DNA of 64,000 nucleotides from Gekko japonicus (GCF_001447785.1 NW_015164195.1:716603-780602); one strand, 5' to 3'; positions 25,188 to 38,885 are shown, numbered from the stretch's first letter. Program-made: numbers and translations. The notes: a model not told the origin generated them from the letters alone.

Positions 25188-25926
25188 CACCCACTCAACA
25201 AGTAATCCATACAGAACAGAGCAAAGAAATTAGATGTTGTTTATTTAAAACTCTCCTGGTATCACAATCCTTTCTAGGTAAACACAGCTCTTTATAGGTA
25301 AAATGAGTCTGTTTTGTTTGGTCCTTAATTCATTATAGACTGTAAATAGACCACTTAGATCTCCACAAGCTTTGGGGCTGACAGGCTTTGTGGAAAGCTG
25401 GCTGTGCTAATTTATTCAAGAACTAATTGTCTTGCCTTAGAACATGGCTGGTGGTTTTGTGGTCTGAATTTTACTTGCATTGAAATAGCACTGAAGTCCA
25501 AGGAAATGTTCATTTTGAAACAGTGAACAGTAAGAGAACTTGAAGTAGAAATATTTGCAAGAAAGAATATTGATGCTGATCAATAAAGATAGATAAAAGG
25601 TTAGTTCTTTCTGCTTCAAAGAAGCTACTTTTTGTATTTGCTTCCTGTTCAGACAATTGGATTAAAATTATGGAATCATTATTCTCCAGATATATGAAAA
25701 GCAGATGCCTTCTCAGTGCTTCTACTTAGAGCTAAAATTAAAACAAATATGGCCACCCTTCTCTCAACATATATATCTCCATGTTAAAAACCAGAATGTA
25801 AGGATTGACTCCTGAGGTACATGAGTGGACCTGAAATTGTTATACCTGTTTGTTTTCTCTGCAAGAGCCGTACAGGCTGACTATGAATGGCAGGGAGGTC
25901 TCTCAACACTTGTAATGTGCACCTTA

Positions 25927-26348
25927 GGGCCAAACTAGACATGACCTGGAGTTCTGCAACTCTTTTATAAAACGAAAAGCAGACTTAAAAGGCTTGCAAT
26001 TGGGAATAGAAGAATGGTGGAAGATGGGCTTCTCATCCCTTCCTCATCCTCCACTTTGTCATACCATGCTGCTTTTCCATCTAAAATGAAAAAAAGATGG
26101 GAATATATTTTTCCCAAGCTAGTTTTTCACTGTGGGAGAAAAGACACAGGGATCCTCCCTCCCCGCTATGGATTGTAAGGCAGAAAAAAGGGGAAAGCAT
26201 TATTTAAGCAATCTCTTCCCTGCTACCTTTCTGCTTCTGATTCTTGTTCTGATTTTTTTTTCCATTGTGTTAAATGCTAGTGAAAAATGGCACAGAATTC
26301 CTCATCCCATGAACAGTTTGGCACAAATTTCCTTAGTCCAGTTTGCCC
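25927..26348. mobile_element. Harbinger-like MITE
   Basis: Imperfect TIRs gggccaaactagac / gtccagtttgccc; left flank tta. Confidence 0.5.
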
Positions 26349-26837
26349 TATTAAGCTATAGCTAATTATAGAAGAGCATCTATTTAAAGTGAGTAAAATC
26401 CATGATTAAAACATTTAACATACCTCACTATAGCAACAACTTGAGGTTTTGCTTGCCTTGTCTCTGGTCTGGAGTTCTGTTAGCTAGGGTTGTTTCCATT
26501 AATTAATGCTATGAAGAACAAAGGCTTAGCAGAGCAAAGTAGTCTGACACTATAAACCCGCAAATAGATGTGCTTTACCATTGTATTTTGTTGTATCCTA
26601 TTTCAAAATCCTGACATGTCACTTTCAAATATAGCTCATTAAAATTGTTACATATAAATTCGCTTTGAGTAATAAACAACAAATAATTATTTAAAAGTAC
26701 ATTAAAAGTACATTCAGTTATTGTAGATTCTTAAAAATTATGTCAGAACAAATATTTCCAGTTTGAAGCAGCCTTACTCGCTCATATTAAAACTCCTTCT
26801 TCAGCTGGAAAGCAACTTCATAGACAACACAACATTT

Positions 26838-26915
26838 GATTCCAGTAGCACCTTAAAGACCAACAAAATTTTCCAGGATATAAGCTTTCCTGAGTCAAGG
26901 CTCATTTTGTCAGAT
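26838..26915 (-). mobile_element. Penelope-like terminal remnant
   Basis: tccagtagcaccttaaagaccaacaaa...taagctttc, same family as 24811 and 30455. Confidence 0.65.
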
Positions 26916-29900
26916 ATATGTAGGTAGAGATTTACCTTCTGCTACAGAGACGCTAACAGTAAAGTGGTAAGCAGAGTTACACCCATTGACTTCACTGGAC
27001 TTAAGAGGGTGTAACTCTGCTTAGGATGGCATTGTAAATGATGTCTTGGCACAGATTTTGGATTGCTCAGGAAGAATACCAACTCTAAATAAACGTCACT
27101 GTTTTAGAGTCTAGAGTCCAGGTTGAAACTATTCCCCAACAAGCCCTTTTCAGGTTTAATTGTACATTACAAATGTGGAACATTTAGAAGGATCTCGTTC
27201 TTTAGCAATGTATGAAAAATGCACACAGCTGTTGTGTAACTAAAGTGCTTTTCAAGCAGACACCTGAACAGGAATAAGTTGCTAAAACCAGATGATAATC
27301 TCCCTGGAGTTCTGATGGAACACTGATAAGAAACTGCAGAGAGCAGCAGTTCTGGAATGCCTTCCCAAATGAAAGGATGCTAATACAATGCCCATACATG
27401 AAGAGGCAGAAGCAAATAAGCCTCAAGTAAGTTTTCATCGCAGTGATAATAAGAAACAGTGTTATTACATAGAGGCAGATTTAGGCAAATGCCATTGTTA
27501 TATAAAGGAGGAGCATGCATTTAACCAAAACCTATGACAGAGGCAGATGACAGAGGATAATAAAGTTCACCAGACCTGCATTATCAGAAAAGTTTAACAA
27601 GCCCCAATCTCATCTCATCCAACCTTTAGCAGTCCTTAGCTAACTACAGACTGGGGAGAGAGGATTCAACTTCCCCACCCCTTTGCTTCCCTCCAAACAC
27701 AATGCGGCTCGGCTCTAAGTAGGGGCCCCATGCAACTGCTATTTCTCCCTTTTTAAAAAAAAATTATGATTTTACATAACATAGATTTTATAATAATATA
27801 TAACCAAAAATATTTAACAGTTATTAAATTATATATGCACAGTTGTATTTGTAAGAATGATAAAGTTATATAAAACATGGAACCAGGTAAGTTTAACAGG
27901 TTAGATGAGAAGAAGCAAAACATTTCTATTATTAGTTATAAGTTTTTCATAGAGTCTTAACACTAATTACATTATAATGCTATTTCCCTTAAAGAAATAT
28001 TGGAAAGATCCAGTCACAGATTTCTCACCGTCTTCTCTAGTGAAATCCTAGTTATTATTAAAAAAGGAACATAAATAGTATATGGTTAGACAAGAAGAAC
28101 TCAAGAAATGCCCCAAAATCTGCAGCAATACTTTTCTTGTTGAATACAATCTAAAAACAGGCGTGGTTATAACACTGAAAAATAAATGAGCACATGATGC
28201 AAAAGCCTTCATTAGCTGAGCACAACCCCCATTAGGGCATTTTAATGAGGGCTAACAAATTGCCAGATGACTGGCAACACAATCGGCAGTAGAACCAAAG
28301 CTTGATAGAAAGCCAAATATATCCTCATAATTGGTTGCAAATTGGCTTGATTGCTGTGGATAATTCATGGCACAATGGTGGTGAGGACTCTGCAGTGTTC
28401 AAAGAGAGAAACAGAACATTTGCAAACAGAAAAGAATAATAAATCCATGGTGGCAAATAAAGATTGCAAAGAGGTCCCTTATATTTTTTTATTTTCAAAA
28501 TGATATATTTTGGCCAAATTGCTTGGGTTTTTTATGATGTTACCTAGTTGTTACTGCTCACCAGTTTCTGAAAACAGTTTCACACACTACACAACAGCAA
28601 ATGGTTGTTTTCCTAATGTGCAGAATTATAGCATGGGAAAGCCAATATCCAATATTGCCTTCCTGAGGTGCATCTTGATGTCATACATGGTTTCTTAGGC
28701 ATATGGTTGTTATGCACACACATTACATTTTACAGAGAACCAGTATTTGTATATAGTAAAAGGAAAGGACACAATCCAACCAAAGTTCTAAACCATTATG
28801 ATTTCCTTGGAAGAGCAATGTAATATGATTGAAATCAATCAATGGTCAATCAAGCACTTAAGTTTTGCTGGCTCTTGTCCACTTTATACAAGATGGGTTT
28901 TACAGTGTTCTGTGCAGAGATACGTTGACTCAGCATTTCTCCACTACACTCTGCCTTACCTCTACCCATTTGACCCTGTACCTTAATACAATATATTTAT
29001 TCCACTTCCTATAGACTATATCACAGACTGAGTATTCCCTAAACCTCAAACAAAAGAAACATTTTCTAAATAGTGACTTTTGCATAAGTTAGCATGAGCA
29101 TAGCTGTTGAAAAATGGTAATATTGATGACAATACCTATAATACCAGTAGGAGGTTCATGGATGATAACAACTAAAATACCTTTTTCTGAATAGTAAATC
29201 TAATAATGATATAAAATAGTAAAAATGGAAATCTCAAAAGCAGAGGGAAAAGGACACTCACAAACAAGGTAGGGGTTTCTGCTTACTTGTGGTATTCCCC
29301 GGGTATGTAGAAAAATGTTGTTTTGTAAACTGAATCTGACTGAAAACGGAGGGGCAACCCTCACCTTGGCCTGATGAAGACTGAATGTGTCCCAGATAGC
29401 ATGAATCATTGATAGTAGTCCTGCTCAGGTCTCTGAGCATATGTACAATCCTGGAGGGAAGAGTTACTGAGAGGCAGAGATCTCTAGATTGTTTCTCCAT
29501 CTTACCATTCTTTACAAGCCCCTGTCTTATTATATTTAATATGGGGATACAGAGCTCTTCTGTGAGCTTGGTAGACAGAAGAGTTCTGCTTATGGTTTTG
29601 GCATCAGATCTTTCTGTGTACAGCCAGAGAAAAAGAGGAAATTTCAGTCTTTAACTAATGAGATGTGTCTACAGTGCATCATCTTGGTTGCAAGAAATTA
29701 TACTTAATTTGGATCCATGATCTAAGACATAATCTATAATTCTCTTACACATTTAGAATCAATATGCTCAGTGCCCTCTGAAGAGGCAGTACATAAATTT
29801 TCTAAATAAATAAACTATTGGGAAAGAAGGCTATGCCTCTAAAGCTGTCAGTCTGTTTATATATCAGATTTTATGCCCATTTAACTCACCCACCATTCAT

Positions 29901-30452
29901 ACCATTCTATATGAGGCTCTGCTTAATAAGGCCACATTTGCATGTGAGCCAGTTCACACATATGCAAAAGTAGGTGTATCTACATGAACACCCCACCATT
30001 CCCATCCATGCATATGCCTCACCCTATTCATTTTGTCTACATACTTCCATATTACATGCATGCATTATATGCACCAAGCGCAGGCTAATGTTGGCTAATG
30101 GCTGGAGAAACATCAAGACTTAATTTCATATTAACCCTGCAAGTAAATTCTTCCCATGTTTATTTTGCCTGCTGCAGAGAAGACAAGAAGCCAGCCCTAT
30201 TGCTTCTTTTGAATAGAGTATCAAGAGCTTCTAGAACTACTAACCCAGTCCTGTTCACCTGCACTGAAGAATATTTGATTTTAAATAACAAACTGGCAAA
30301 GTTCTCCATATATTAGGAATTGATATCTTTTTGGTTTCTTAGGGCTGTTCAGGGAAGTATGTCTTGCAATACAACCTGACTTCATCTCTAGCCCCGCACT
30401 GATGGTTACCTAGCCATTAGCACCTTCGTAGTTTTTGAACTCAGGAGCTCAG

Positions 30453-30912
30453 GTAGTTTCAGAGGGTAGTCCAGCAGCACCTTAGAGACCAGCAAAATTT
30501 TGGGGATATAAGGTTTTGAGAATCAAAGCTCCCTTAAATCAAATACTATTCAGGTACCTGAGGAAGGGACCTTAGAGCCTTTTTTAATTTTATTTTTTAA
30601 TATGTGCATGTGTGTGTGAGCACACGCGCATGTGAATGTGTGTGCACCTGGAAGTCATGGTGACCCCTGGTGACTGACCCCTGCTAGGAGCCTGGAGGAT
30701 ATTCAGAGAGGTGGCTGAGTAAAGCCTGCCTCCGGCTTTACTCAGGTCTCCCATCCAAGTGCTTGCCAGAGTCAACCCTGCTTAGCTTCCAAGAACTAAT
30801 GAGATTGGGCTTGCCTGGGCTATCCAGGACAGGATGGGACCTTAGAGTCTCGAAAGCTTATTACCCCCCCCCCCAAATCTTGTTGGTGTCTAAGGTGCTA
30901 CTGGACTCAAAT
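30453..30912. mobile_element. Penelope-like hairpin remnant interrupted by a 5S-derived SINE
   Basis: Arms gtccagcagcaccttagagaccagcaa / ttgttggtgtctaaggtgctactggac. Confidence 0.8.
30578..30835 (-). mobile_element. 5S rRNA-derived SINE (SINE3; 5S-Sauria-like)
   Basis: Reverse complement contains gcccaatctc...ggaagctaagcagggt...cacttggatgggagacc (5S internal promoter region). 12-bp TSD gggaccttagag at 30566-30577 and 30836-30847. Confidence 0.85.
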
Positions 30913-31186
30913 ATGAGGTCTCATAAACAACCCAAAAGGAGATACAGCATTAATGTGTGGAATAGTTCTGTCTCAGCTTCTACCTTTTTTTTTAATGTGT
31001 GAAGGTAAAAGCAAATTTTTCATTGCACCAGCACTAAAAATTTGATTGCAAGTGATTTTGTAAGACCTTCAGGGTACCTGCGTAACTTTGAATAATAGCA
31101 TTTGAAATACAAATCACTGGCAGTTGATAGGGAAAATGTACTACGTGCAGAAAGATGAAGCATAGAGAATGCCTAAGCATGAGAGA

Positions 31187-31455
31187 CATAAGAACATAAG
31201 AAGAGCCCTAATGGATCAGCCCAGTAATCCGTATAGTCCTGCATCCTGTGGCCAACCAGTTCCTTTGGGTGGCCAACAACAGGGCACAGAGGCCAAGGCC
31301 TTCCCTTAATGTTGCCTCCTGGCTCTGGGATTCAGAGGATTAGTGCCTCTGAATGTGTAGATTCCCCTCAGCCACCATGGCTAGTAGCCATTGATTGACT
31401 TATCCTCCATGAATCTAACCCTTTTAAAGCTGTTCACTCCTGTAACAATCACTAC
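31187..31455 (-). mobile_element. CR1-type 3' tail fragment
   Basis: acataagaacataaga tail and tggatcag...tggctagtagccattgattgacttatcctccatgaat. Confidence 0.8.
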
Positions 31456-31599
31456 CCCTTTTTCTTCAATGTTGTCAGGAATCCTGGATTACTGATCCTT
31501 TTCTAAACATAAATTGCTATTGAATCTTATCTCTGTTGTGTCACTTTCTTTTTCAAAGATTACATAAGTGGTTTTAGTTCGAAAGCAAGAAATTGCAAG

Positions 31600-32130
31600 T
31601 AGATAAATAGGTACCACTTCAGTGGGAAGGTAACAGCATTCCATGTGCCTTGGCATTTAGTCATACTGGCCACATGACCATAGGGCTGCCAAGTGGGGGT
31701 GGGGGTGATTGGCGGGTAAGCCCCCGCTTCGAAGGCCGGATTTCCGCCACCGCGGAATTGGGCCCCAGGGGGAACTCCGCCCCCCGAAGTGCAACCACAT
31801 CAATCACGTTGGGGGTGTGGCCCCGATTGTCGGAGGGAAAACTCTATGTTTTTCCCTCCGATGATTGGGGCCACGCCTTCAACGTGATCGCCATCGCACG
31901 TCACTTCCAGCGACGTGCTGGTGGTGTGCGTGCACGCTTTGTGCATGCGCACACACATCAGAGACCAGCTCCCCTGCTGGTAAGAAAATTGGACTTGGTA
32001 ACCCTACATGACCATGGAAACATCTTCAGATGATGCTGGCTCTTCAGCTTGGAAACGGAGATGAGCACCACCCCCTAGAGTCGGATTCAACTAGCTTTCG
32101 AACAAAAGAAACCTTTACATTTACCTTACC
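31600..32130 (+). mobile_element. Sauria SINE (Squam1-like) 3' part, interrupted by a MITE
   Basis: aataggtacc...gggaaggtaac...ggccacatgacc ... ggagatgagcacc...(acctttac)n tail. Confidence 0.75.
31681..32006. mobile_element. hAT MITE (TAGGGYTGCCA TIR), CpG-rich
   Basis: TIRs tagggctgccaa / ttggtaacccta; perfect 8-bp TSD catgacca. Confidence 0.92.
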
Positions 32131-32149
32131 TTGAATGAACAACATAGGT

Positions 32150-33300
32150 CTTTACAGGAAAATACTCCAAAACAGAGCTGTGTGTGCATTAGGGAGAGCT
32201 CCTGACTGCCTGCCTGTTTAGGGAAGCATAGCTTTGCAATGGTTCCAATCCTTTCTGGGGGTCAGATTCCAGGAGATGCTATAGAGGGACTTCTTCCTAG
32301 GGGGGTTATTCTGTGGGTTCCTCAGGATTCAATTCCTTCACTTGTGTGTTTTAATATTACATGAAATGATTGGGAAAAGCATCCAGACTTATGGAGTACA
32401 ATGTAATTCATCTGTAGATAGCACTTTTTCATCTGTTGTATATGAGGAAATGTTGAGCCTGAAGACATGCTGGACTCAATAATGAACCAAATCAGGGCAG
32501 ATAATCTTCAACCAAAGACAAGATGAATGAGTTGGGAGAGTGGTGGGAGATTCTGTAGGAGAGGCCTGTTTTAGACAAGATCACTGTTTCTTTGTTTGCA
32601 AATTGGATGTGTTCCTGGACCTTCTTTTGTGGTGACACAGACCATCTTTTCCCCATCTTTGGCTGATTCGCCAGTTGTGCCCTCTGCTAGAATACTGAAA
32701 TATTCCCTTTGTGTCATCCAGTGACCTCTAGATTAGACTACTGCATTATCATCTTCATGGGACTTGCAAGTATTGAGCAGGGCAAAACTAGACTTTTATC
32801 AGTTGTTAGTCAGCAAAACCACATTACTCAGCTACTGAAAGAACTTCACTAGCTGCCTATATGTTTCTGACCCTAATTCACATGCTGGTATTCACCTGTA
32901 AATCCCTAACTGGTCTGAATACTGGCAATCTCAAGGAACATAAGTTCCCACACAAATCACTCTAAAATTTACAATTCACCAGAAAGTGTCTGCAGCATAG
33001 AATTCCAACCTATGCAAAGTCTGGTTTATCCTTATACCTTATATGATGGTATGGACGTCTCAATGGTTTCTCCTTCAGGGAATCTGCCCCCAACACCACC
33101 TTTGCAGAGGGGAAAATATTTTATTGGCCATCGATTTAGTTTCTTGACCTTTCTGACTTGCTACTTTGCTGCTGCAGATCATATTAGAAATTTGGATGTA
33201 AACTGAGGGGGTGTTTTTTGGCTTTTAATGGTTGCTTTACAGTTGTCTGATTTCACAGTTTGTAACTACTGCTTTGGAAATTTGTAAAAAGCAGCTTCCA
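32150..33300 (+). mobile_element. Old L2 ORF2 fragment
   Basis: tgtgggttcctcaggattcaatt...tttaatattacatgaaa (GVPQGS..LFNIYM-like), acctctagattagactactgc (TSRLDYC), L2-type tail. Confidence 0.7.
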
Positions 33301-35434
33301 TATGTTGTAAAAACACAGCCTCAAATACATTCTCATTTTCAAAAATACTGGTACGTCAGCTGAGTTTCTTTCTACTAAGAGGAATGAAGATTTTGGATTA
33401 CTGGGTCTGTATGAATGTATTTAGAATGGATTATTAGGCTGCTAGAGGTATCCACAGTAAACTATTCTGTTGGTGTTACTGGACAGAATGGTCATTCAGC
33501 AATCAATCGATGTGGTTCTTATGGGCATAGGTTCTCCTGTAAGGACAGAATGCTTATGGTGTTCATGGGAGATGTTAAATGGAAACACAGAGGACTGAAC
33601 AGGTCAAAGAACAGGGAAATGCTGCTTTATGAAATGATTCCCACCAGTATGGCTTCTAATTCAAACCTAGTCATTCAAATGCTTGTGTCTGAGAATCAGA
33701 TGTGGAGAAAATGACATTTTGTTTTATTTCCTTTTGACCATACTTATTGCAGAACCAGTGCTATTAAATTTATCTTAAAATAAAGAAAGAGTATCCAGCA
33801 CTCTAACATCTTGCAGATGAAAACAGGGACTTGTCTGAGAAACCCTCATTCTTGCAAAAAGCAAGGAAATTTCATTATTCTGCAATGGCCAGTCAGCCAC
33901 TGATTTAAAAACAAAAGGAGGGTGGTTCTTTTAGGTAATGCTTTTTTAAGGACAATTGTACTACAGTAAAAAATATACCGTAGTGTACACAGTGTGTGAA
34001 ATAGAGGGCTGTCTCCTGTTAATGTAGTGTTCGTGAATATGTGTTTATCTATAAGATGCATCTATTTATCTACTCAGAGATTTTACTGCTAGGGACCCGA
34101 GTAAGGGAGATGACATCTGTGAGCAACAGCATTAGCAACTCATGCTAACAGAGAAAACAATGCAATATAGAGTAGAATAATACATAGAGTAAACAGCAAT
34201 AAAACTAGATTACAACATTAGACAGCAGTGCAATAAAACAGTATAATAAATCCAATAAACAATACCATCTTTAAAAACTACCTTTAACAATTTGGCCTCA
34301 CAACAACACTGTGGGGTAGATCTGGGTGAGAGGCAGTGATTTCCATAATGACAGCTTTAGGGCTTAGAGAAGATTTGTGTTGTAGCTTGTGTTTACAAGA
34401 ATAGCTCTGGTCATGGTTGCAATATATGCAAAGTGTGAAAAGGGGATGCTCACTTCCAAGCACTCAAGGAAATGTTCTAAGGAGCTGCAATTGGCTATTG
34501 GTCCTTGGCACATGTCCTCTGTCTGTTCAGAAGCACACATCTCTCTTTCACCCATGATTGTTTACTGCTACAAACACCACCATAATCAGTGTTTGTTGCT
34601 CTGAACTGCTCCGTGGAAGGGCAACATAAAGGGTAAGAGATAGATATCAAAAGCCAGTGCTGTAGGCACTATACCACATTGGATCTGAATGCAGTCCAGG
34701 CACACCAGAATGGAATAGTAATTTAGACCTTCCCTTTGCCCTTATAGCATTTTTAGTTTCAAAAAAGTTTTCCCCGTTCTCATACAGCTAAATAATACAT
34801 TTACAGAAATAAGGTATAAAAATGCTTGAGGCTGAACAAACCTGCTAAGCCAGAAATGAAATCCAACCTGCCCTTCCCCCCACTAGAATGCAATTTGGTT
34901 CTGAGGGAGCTCTGAACCAGATATGAACCACATACTGTGATGGTGAGTGGGGTTTAATGAGGGTGTTCTTCTCTCAAGTGCTGGGCTTGGAGACTCACAT
35001 TTCCCAAGAAGCAGAGCAAACAAACAAAACAACCATGCTATCTGCCCAAATGGTCCTCCGTTCCACAGGCTTTGTGTGATGCCTGAGATGGGGAGATCAT
35101 TCCCAGGACTCCAAAAAGCTCTCCAGAACTTTTTTCAAAGTGACATTGTACAAAAAATTATACTACTATGGTTAAAAAATAGTTGAAGGCATTAGGGGTG
35201 TGTAAATAACCTGTTTCTATATTTCCAGGATTGTTGCCCCTTCCTATACTGACATTTCAAAATTGGGACACTTATTTGTCTGCATGTGTGACTTATCACT
35301 GCACATAGCAGGACTGATTTAATTGTGAATCATGTTGTCTAGAGAATGGATGTGATTTCAGGAGACCTCCAGCCACCGCCTGGAGATTGCCAGCCCTAAT
35401 CTCTATGGCTTTCTCATATAAACATACAAATATA

Positions 35435-35436
<2 letters not shown>

Positions 35437-35510
<74 letters not shown>
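35437..35510. repeat. Compound microsatellite (TG)n(AG)n
   Basis: Directly visible. Confidence 0.98.
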
Positions 35511-35515
<5 letters not shown>

Positions 35516-36599
35516 TTGGTGAGAGAGACAGGTTGTTTGGTTGTTGGAGTGGCCATTAATATTATATCTTTTGCCCTTACTATGCTATTTTTCAGCCTAG
35601 TATTCTGAATTTACCTTTTTAACAGGTAACAGATTATATGTTTGGCCTCTTTTGTACTTCCTCTGAGTATGAAGTAGTGTGTGTGTGGGGGGGTTCTTCG
35701 TATATAAGGTTGTACTGATTTCCACTAATTCTCCCCTCAGTACTTAAGAAAGCCCCCCCAAAAAGGTGCCAGTACTCTGTACCAGTGAGTACTGTCTTAA
35801 AACCCTGCCACATCACTGTCACATACAAAATTGTAGGTTAGGCACCCATTGCCCCAACTGATGAGATCTCTTGATTTGTAATTAACTTCTCTTTTTTCAG
35901 TTTTGTGAAATATGACAGTGTTTTATGTTTAGCTAATATGCTAATTTAAAATCAGTAGTGAATTTGTTCCTTATACCGTTAAAACAACACAGAATCTTGT
36001 TGCAACTGGAAGGTGAAACCCACAAAGAATCTGTTACCTTTGAGGTGCCACGAGATTATTTATCATTTTGCTTCCACAGACAAATTTGTGGAATTTGTCA
36101 GATGTAGCTGAGAAGTTCTGCCTTTGTATTCTTCCAATGAAAAGTACTGGGTAACTCAAGAGGCAGGTTAATTAATACCAGCAGAAAGCTGGGTTCTATA
36201 AAAAGTCATCGCTTTATATCTCTGCCTGTGTAGACTTGGGAACCACTGACAATTTGTACCACACTTGCAGATATGGCAAGCATCTGCAGAATGTTAACTG
36301 TCAGATCTTCTTTTTAAAGCCTACTGCTCAAACTCAAGGCATATTTTCCCTTTCAGACATAAAAAAAGGATTGTCCTGAAAATATTACTCAAGGAAATAT
36401 AACTCCCCCCCCCCGAGGTTTTAAATAAAGAAGTGGGGAGGGGTTGAGGGAAAAAGAGCTGCTCATGATTCGATCAGGAGTACAGGATAATTATTAACGT
36501 AATCCCCCCACACACACACAGTCTGAAGTGGTTTAGTCCATTCTGTCACCTCAGCAGTCTGTATCCTCATTACCACCTCATTCCACTGCATGCCTAGAC

Positions 36600-37410
36600 T
36601 GGGCCTCAGATTGTCTGCAGAGGCCTTGCATTGTGCACCCCCACATTCAAAATATAGACACCAGCTGAGGACCTACTGGCAGTATGAAGCGCGAGGGAGG
36701 CGGGGTAAAAAGACCTGGACCAAGTTGTGCTGGGGATTCCTGGTTGCACTGCACCTACCAATGTGGGAGCATACCGGGGAGGAGGTGCAAGGGAGCGTTC
36801 ACACTGTTGGCTCGCCCCTGGGGGAGGCGCGGCTGTAAGTGGCTTTTTTTCACTCCGGCAACATGCACCTATGCACCTATGCGCCTATTTCTCGAGCAAC
36901 CTGCTCAAACATCTCCCTGTTCCTGTGGGTCTGACGCAAGGCCTCCTGCACTGGCCGCTCACCCCACACTGCCAGGAGGTCCAAGGTCTCTGCCATTTTC
37001 CAGGATGCTCCTCGCACGCCGGCCATTTTGCCGGTCTGTCTCCCAGGAGGCTGCCTGCCAGGAGCTTTAACTCTGCGAGTCGGAAGCGTCCCCGTGGATG
37101 GTTGTGCGCTCCAGCGCATATTGTGCATGGGCGCTTATGCACATCCCTGCTGCTGGATCAGCCGGTTCATATTATCAATGCGGCTTGTCCCGGCTTTTAG
37201 CATGCACACTTCCGGGAAGCAGGATCAACGCGCTCTCCAGGGTTTGCTACGGCTTTCACCTGGTACTTTTTAAACTCAGTAGGGAACCGTCATAGGACGG
37301 GTTGAATATGGCTGGGGAACGCCTGACAGCTGTGGCTGTGTGAACCGTCCCCTTTAATCCATTTGTGAAACGTGCCTATATCGGGCCAAACTGCCAGTCT
37401 GAATTCAGCC
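36600..37410 (-). mobile_element. Harbinger-derived fragment with Myb/SANT-like (MSANTD-type) coding remnant
   Basis: From ATG at 37026(-): MAGVRGASWKMAETLDLLAVWGERPVQEALRQTHRNREMFEQVAREI, the W...ET..LL..WGE...RN...E.V Myb/SANT trihelix motif. Terminus ggctgaattcagac at 37410. CpG-rich. Confidence 0.8.
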
Positions 37411-38069
37411 ACCTATAGAGACAGGTTCCTTTGTGCAGTGGTGCTTCATTATTGGACCCTCACCCCTCTCCTGGCCTATCTAATTTTAAGCAGTAAATGT
37501 TAGGCATTTATCTAATTTTTAAGCATTTCTGTTGGATTGTTTTGTGGGATTCCTGTGTGTTCTCCTCTCATGCGTCTTTATTTTTATGTTGCTTGTTTTC
37601 ACGGGCGACAACAGATTTTATTGACTCATGTGATGTGTTTAATTTTTATATTGCTAGTTGTAGTTTAATTATCGTTTTATTTCCATAGTTTTAATGATGT
37701 GTTTGTATGAAATCCATCTCAGAAGCCTCTGGTTGAGAGTTTTGTGCAGTGTGTAAATCTTTCAGACAAATAACACCCTTGCTCCTACTAAAGCTATAGG
37801 GCTTATAAACAGGGTGTGATGAGAGAAGGAGGTGTACAAGTAATTCTGCTATAATTTGCCCATAGGAGTTGTCGTGGGAATCATGTACCTCAGCTTAAAT
37901 ATAAGTAGCATGGCTCAGAATAACCTGTTGGCTGCCTACTGGATTGTATATGATAGACAGTAATGTGAAAATGATGAAGTTTGGCTTCATAATTCAATAG
38001 CAGGAAAAGACCAAAAAAACTCCACAAAAAACCCAAAGCACCATTAATGGGAAGTGGAGCGAGCTGTGA

Positions 38070-38272
38070 ACCATCAATATCTTGGGAAATCCAGGTTTGA
38101 ATCCCCATTCTGTCATAGAAGCTAGCTGGGTAACCTTGGACCATTCAGTCACTCTCAGCCTAATCTACCTTGCAGGGTTGTTGTAAAAATAAAAGGGAGG
38201 AGAGGAGAATGATGTAAGCGGCTTTGGGTCCCCATTGAAGAGAAAGGTGGGATATAAATAAAGTAAATAATA
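38070..38272 (+). mobile_element. Older Squam3/CORE SINE
   Basis: ccaggtttgaatcccc...gggtaaccttgg...ctctcagcctaatctacc...aaataaa. Confidence 0.8.
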
Positions 38273-38398
38273 AATTATTTTTGCTACCTTGTCACCTTTA
38301 GAACTGATTGGGGCTAATATTTAAAATCTGGTAATATTTAAGACTTTAATATAACTTTTTGAATTGCAAACACTTTTAAATTCTGCCATTATACAACA

Positions 38399-38885
38399 TG
38401 TCAGGGTGGGGACCACAGGAGCCCCCTGTCTTGGCCTGGGGAATGGTCAGAGGAGCCCCAAAGGTGGCCCGACAACCAGCAGGCAATCCCCTCCGAGGCT
38501 TCAGGCATCTTGCCTAACTGGCCCTGGAGAGGGGGTCCAACCCGAAAAGGAGGGAATCAGGGTCACCAAGGAAGTTGGGCTCGCTGCCAGGGAGGTGACA
38601 GAGAGCAAGAAGGTTGGTCTCAGTTCACAGTTGGGTCAAACCATCCCTCTTTCCCCTTTTTCCTGGGAGGTTGTTAAGATCGGGTGGGAGCACCTGGTCG
38701 GAGGAGCAGGGTGAATAAAGGTAGAGCGCTGGGAAACCAGGGAGGGTTGCGGACACCTGGGCAGGAAGCGCTGTGGGGGAGACGCGGGTGGCTGCCCAAT
38801 CCACCCAAACGCTGACCAGGGGACGCTGCCAGGGGAGAGAAAATTGATATCTACCCCAACAAGATCTGAGGTGACCATGCTGACA
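38399..38885. mobile_element. Solo LTR-like element
   Basis: GC-rich 487-bp block with inverted termini tgtcagggtgg / ccatgctgaca (TG...CA); aacat is repeated at both junctions. Confidence 0.65.

Noticed and set aside
30745-30835. 5S rRNA gene
   Set aside because: Diverged and partial, fused to a non-5S tail and flanked by a TSD: a SINE.
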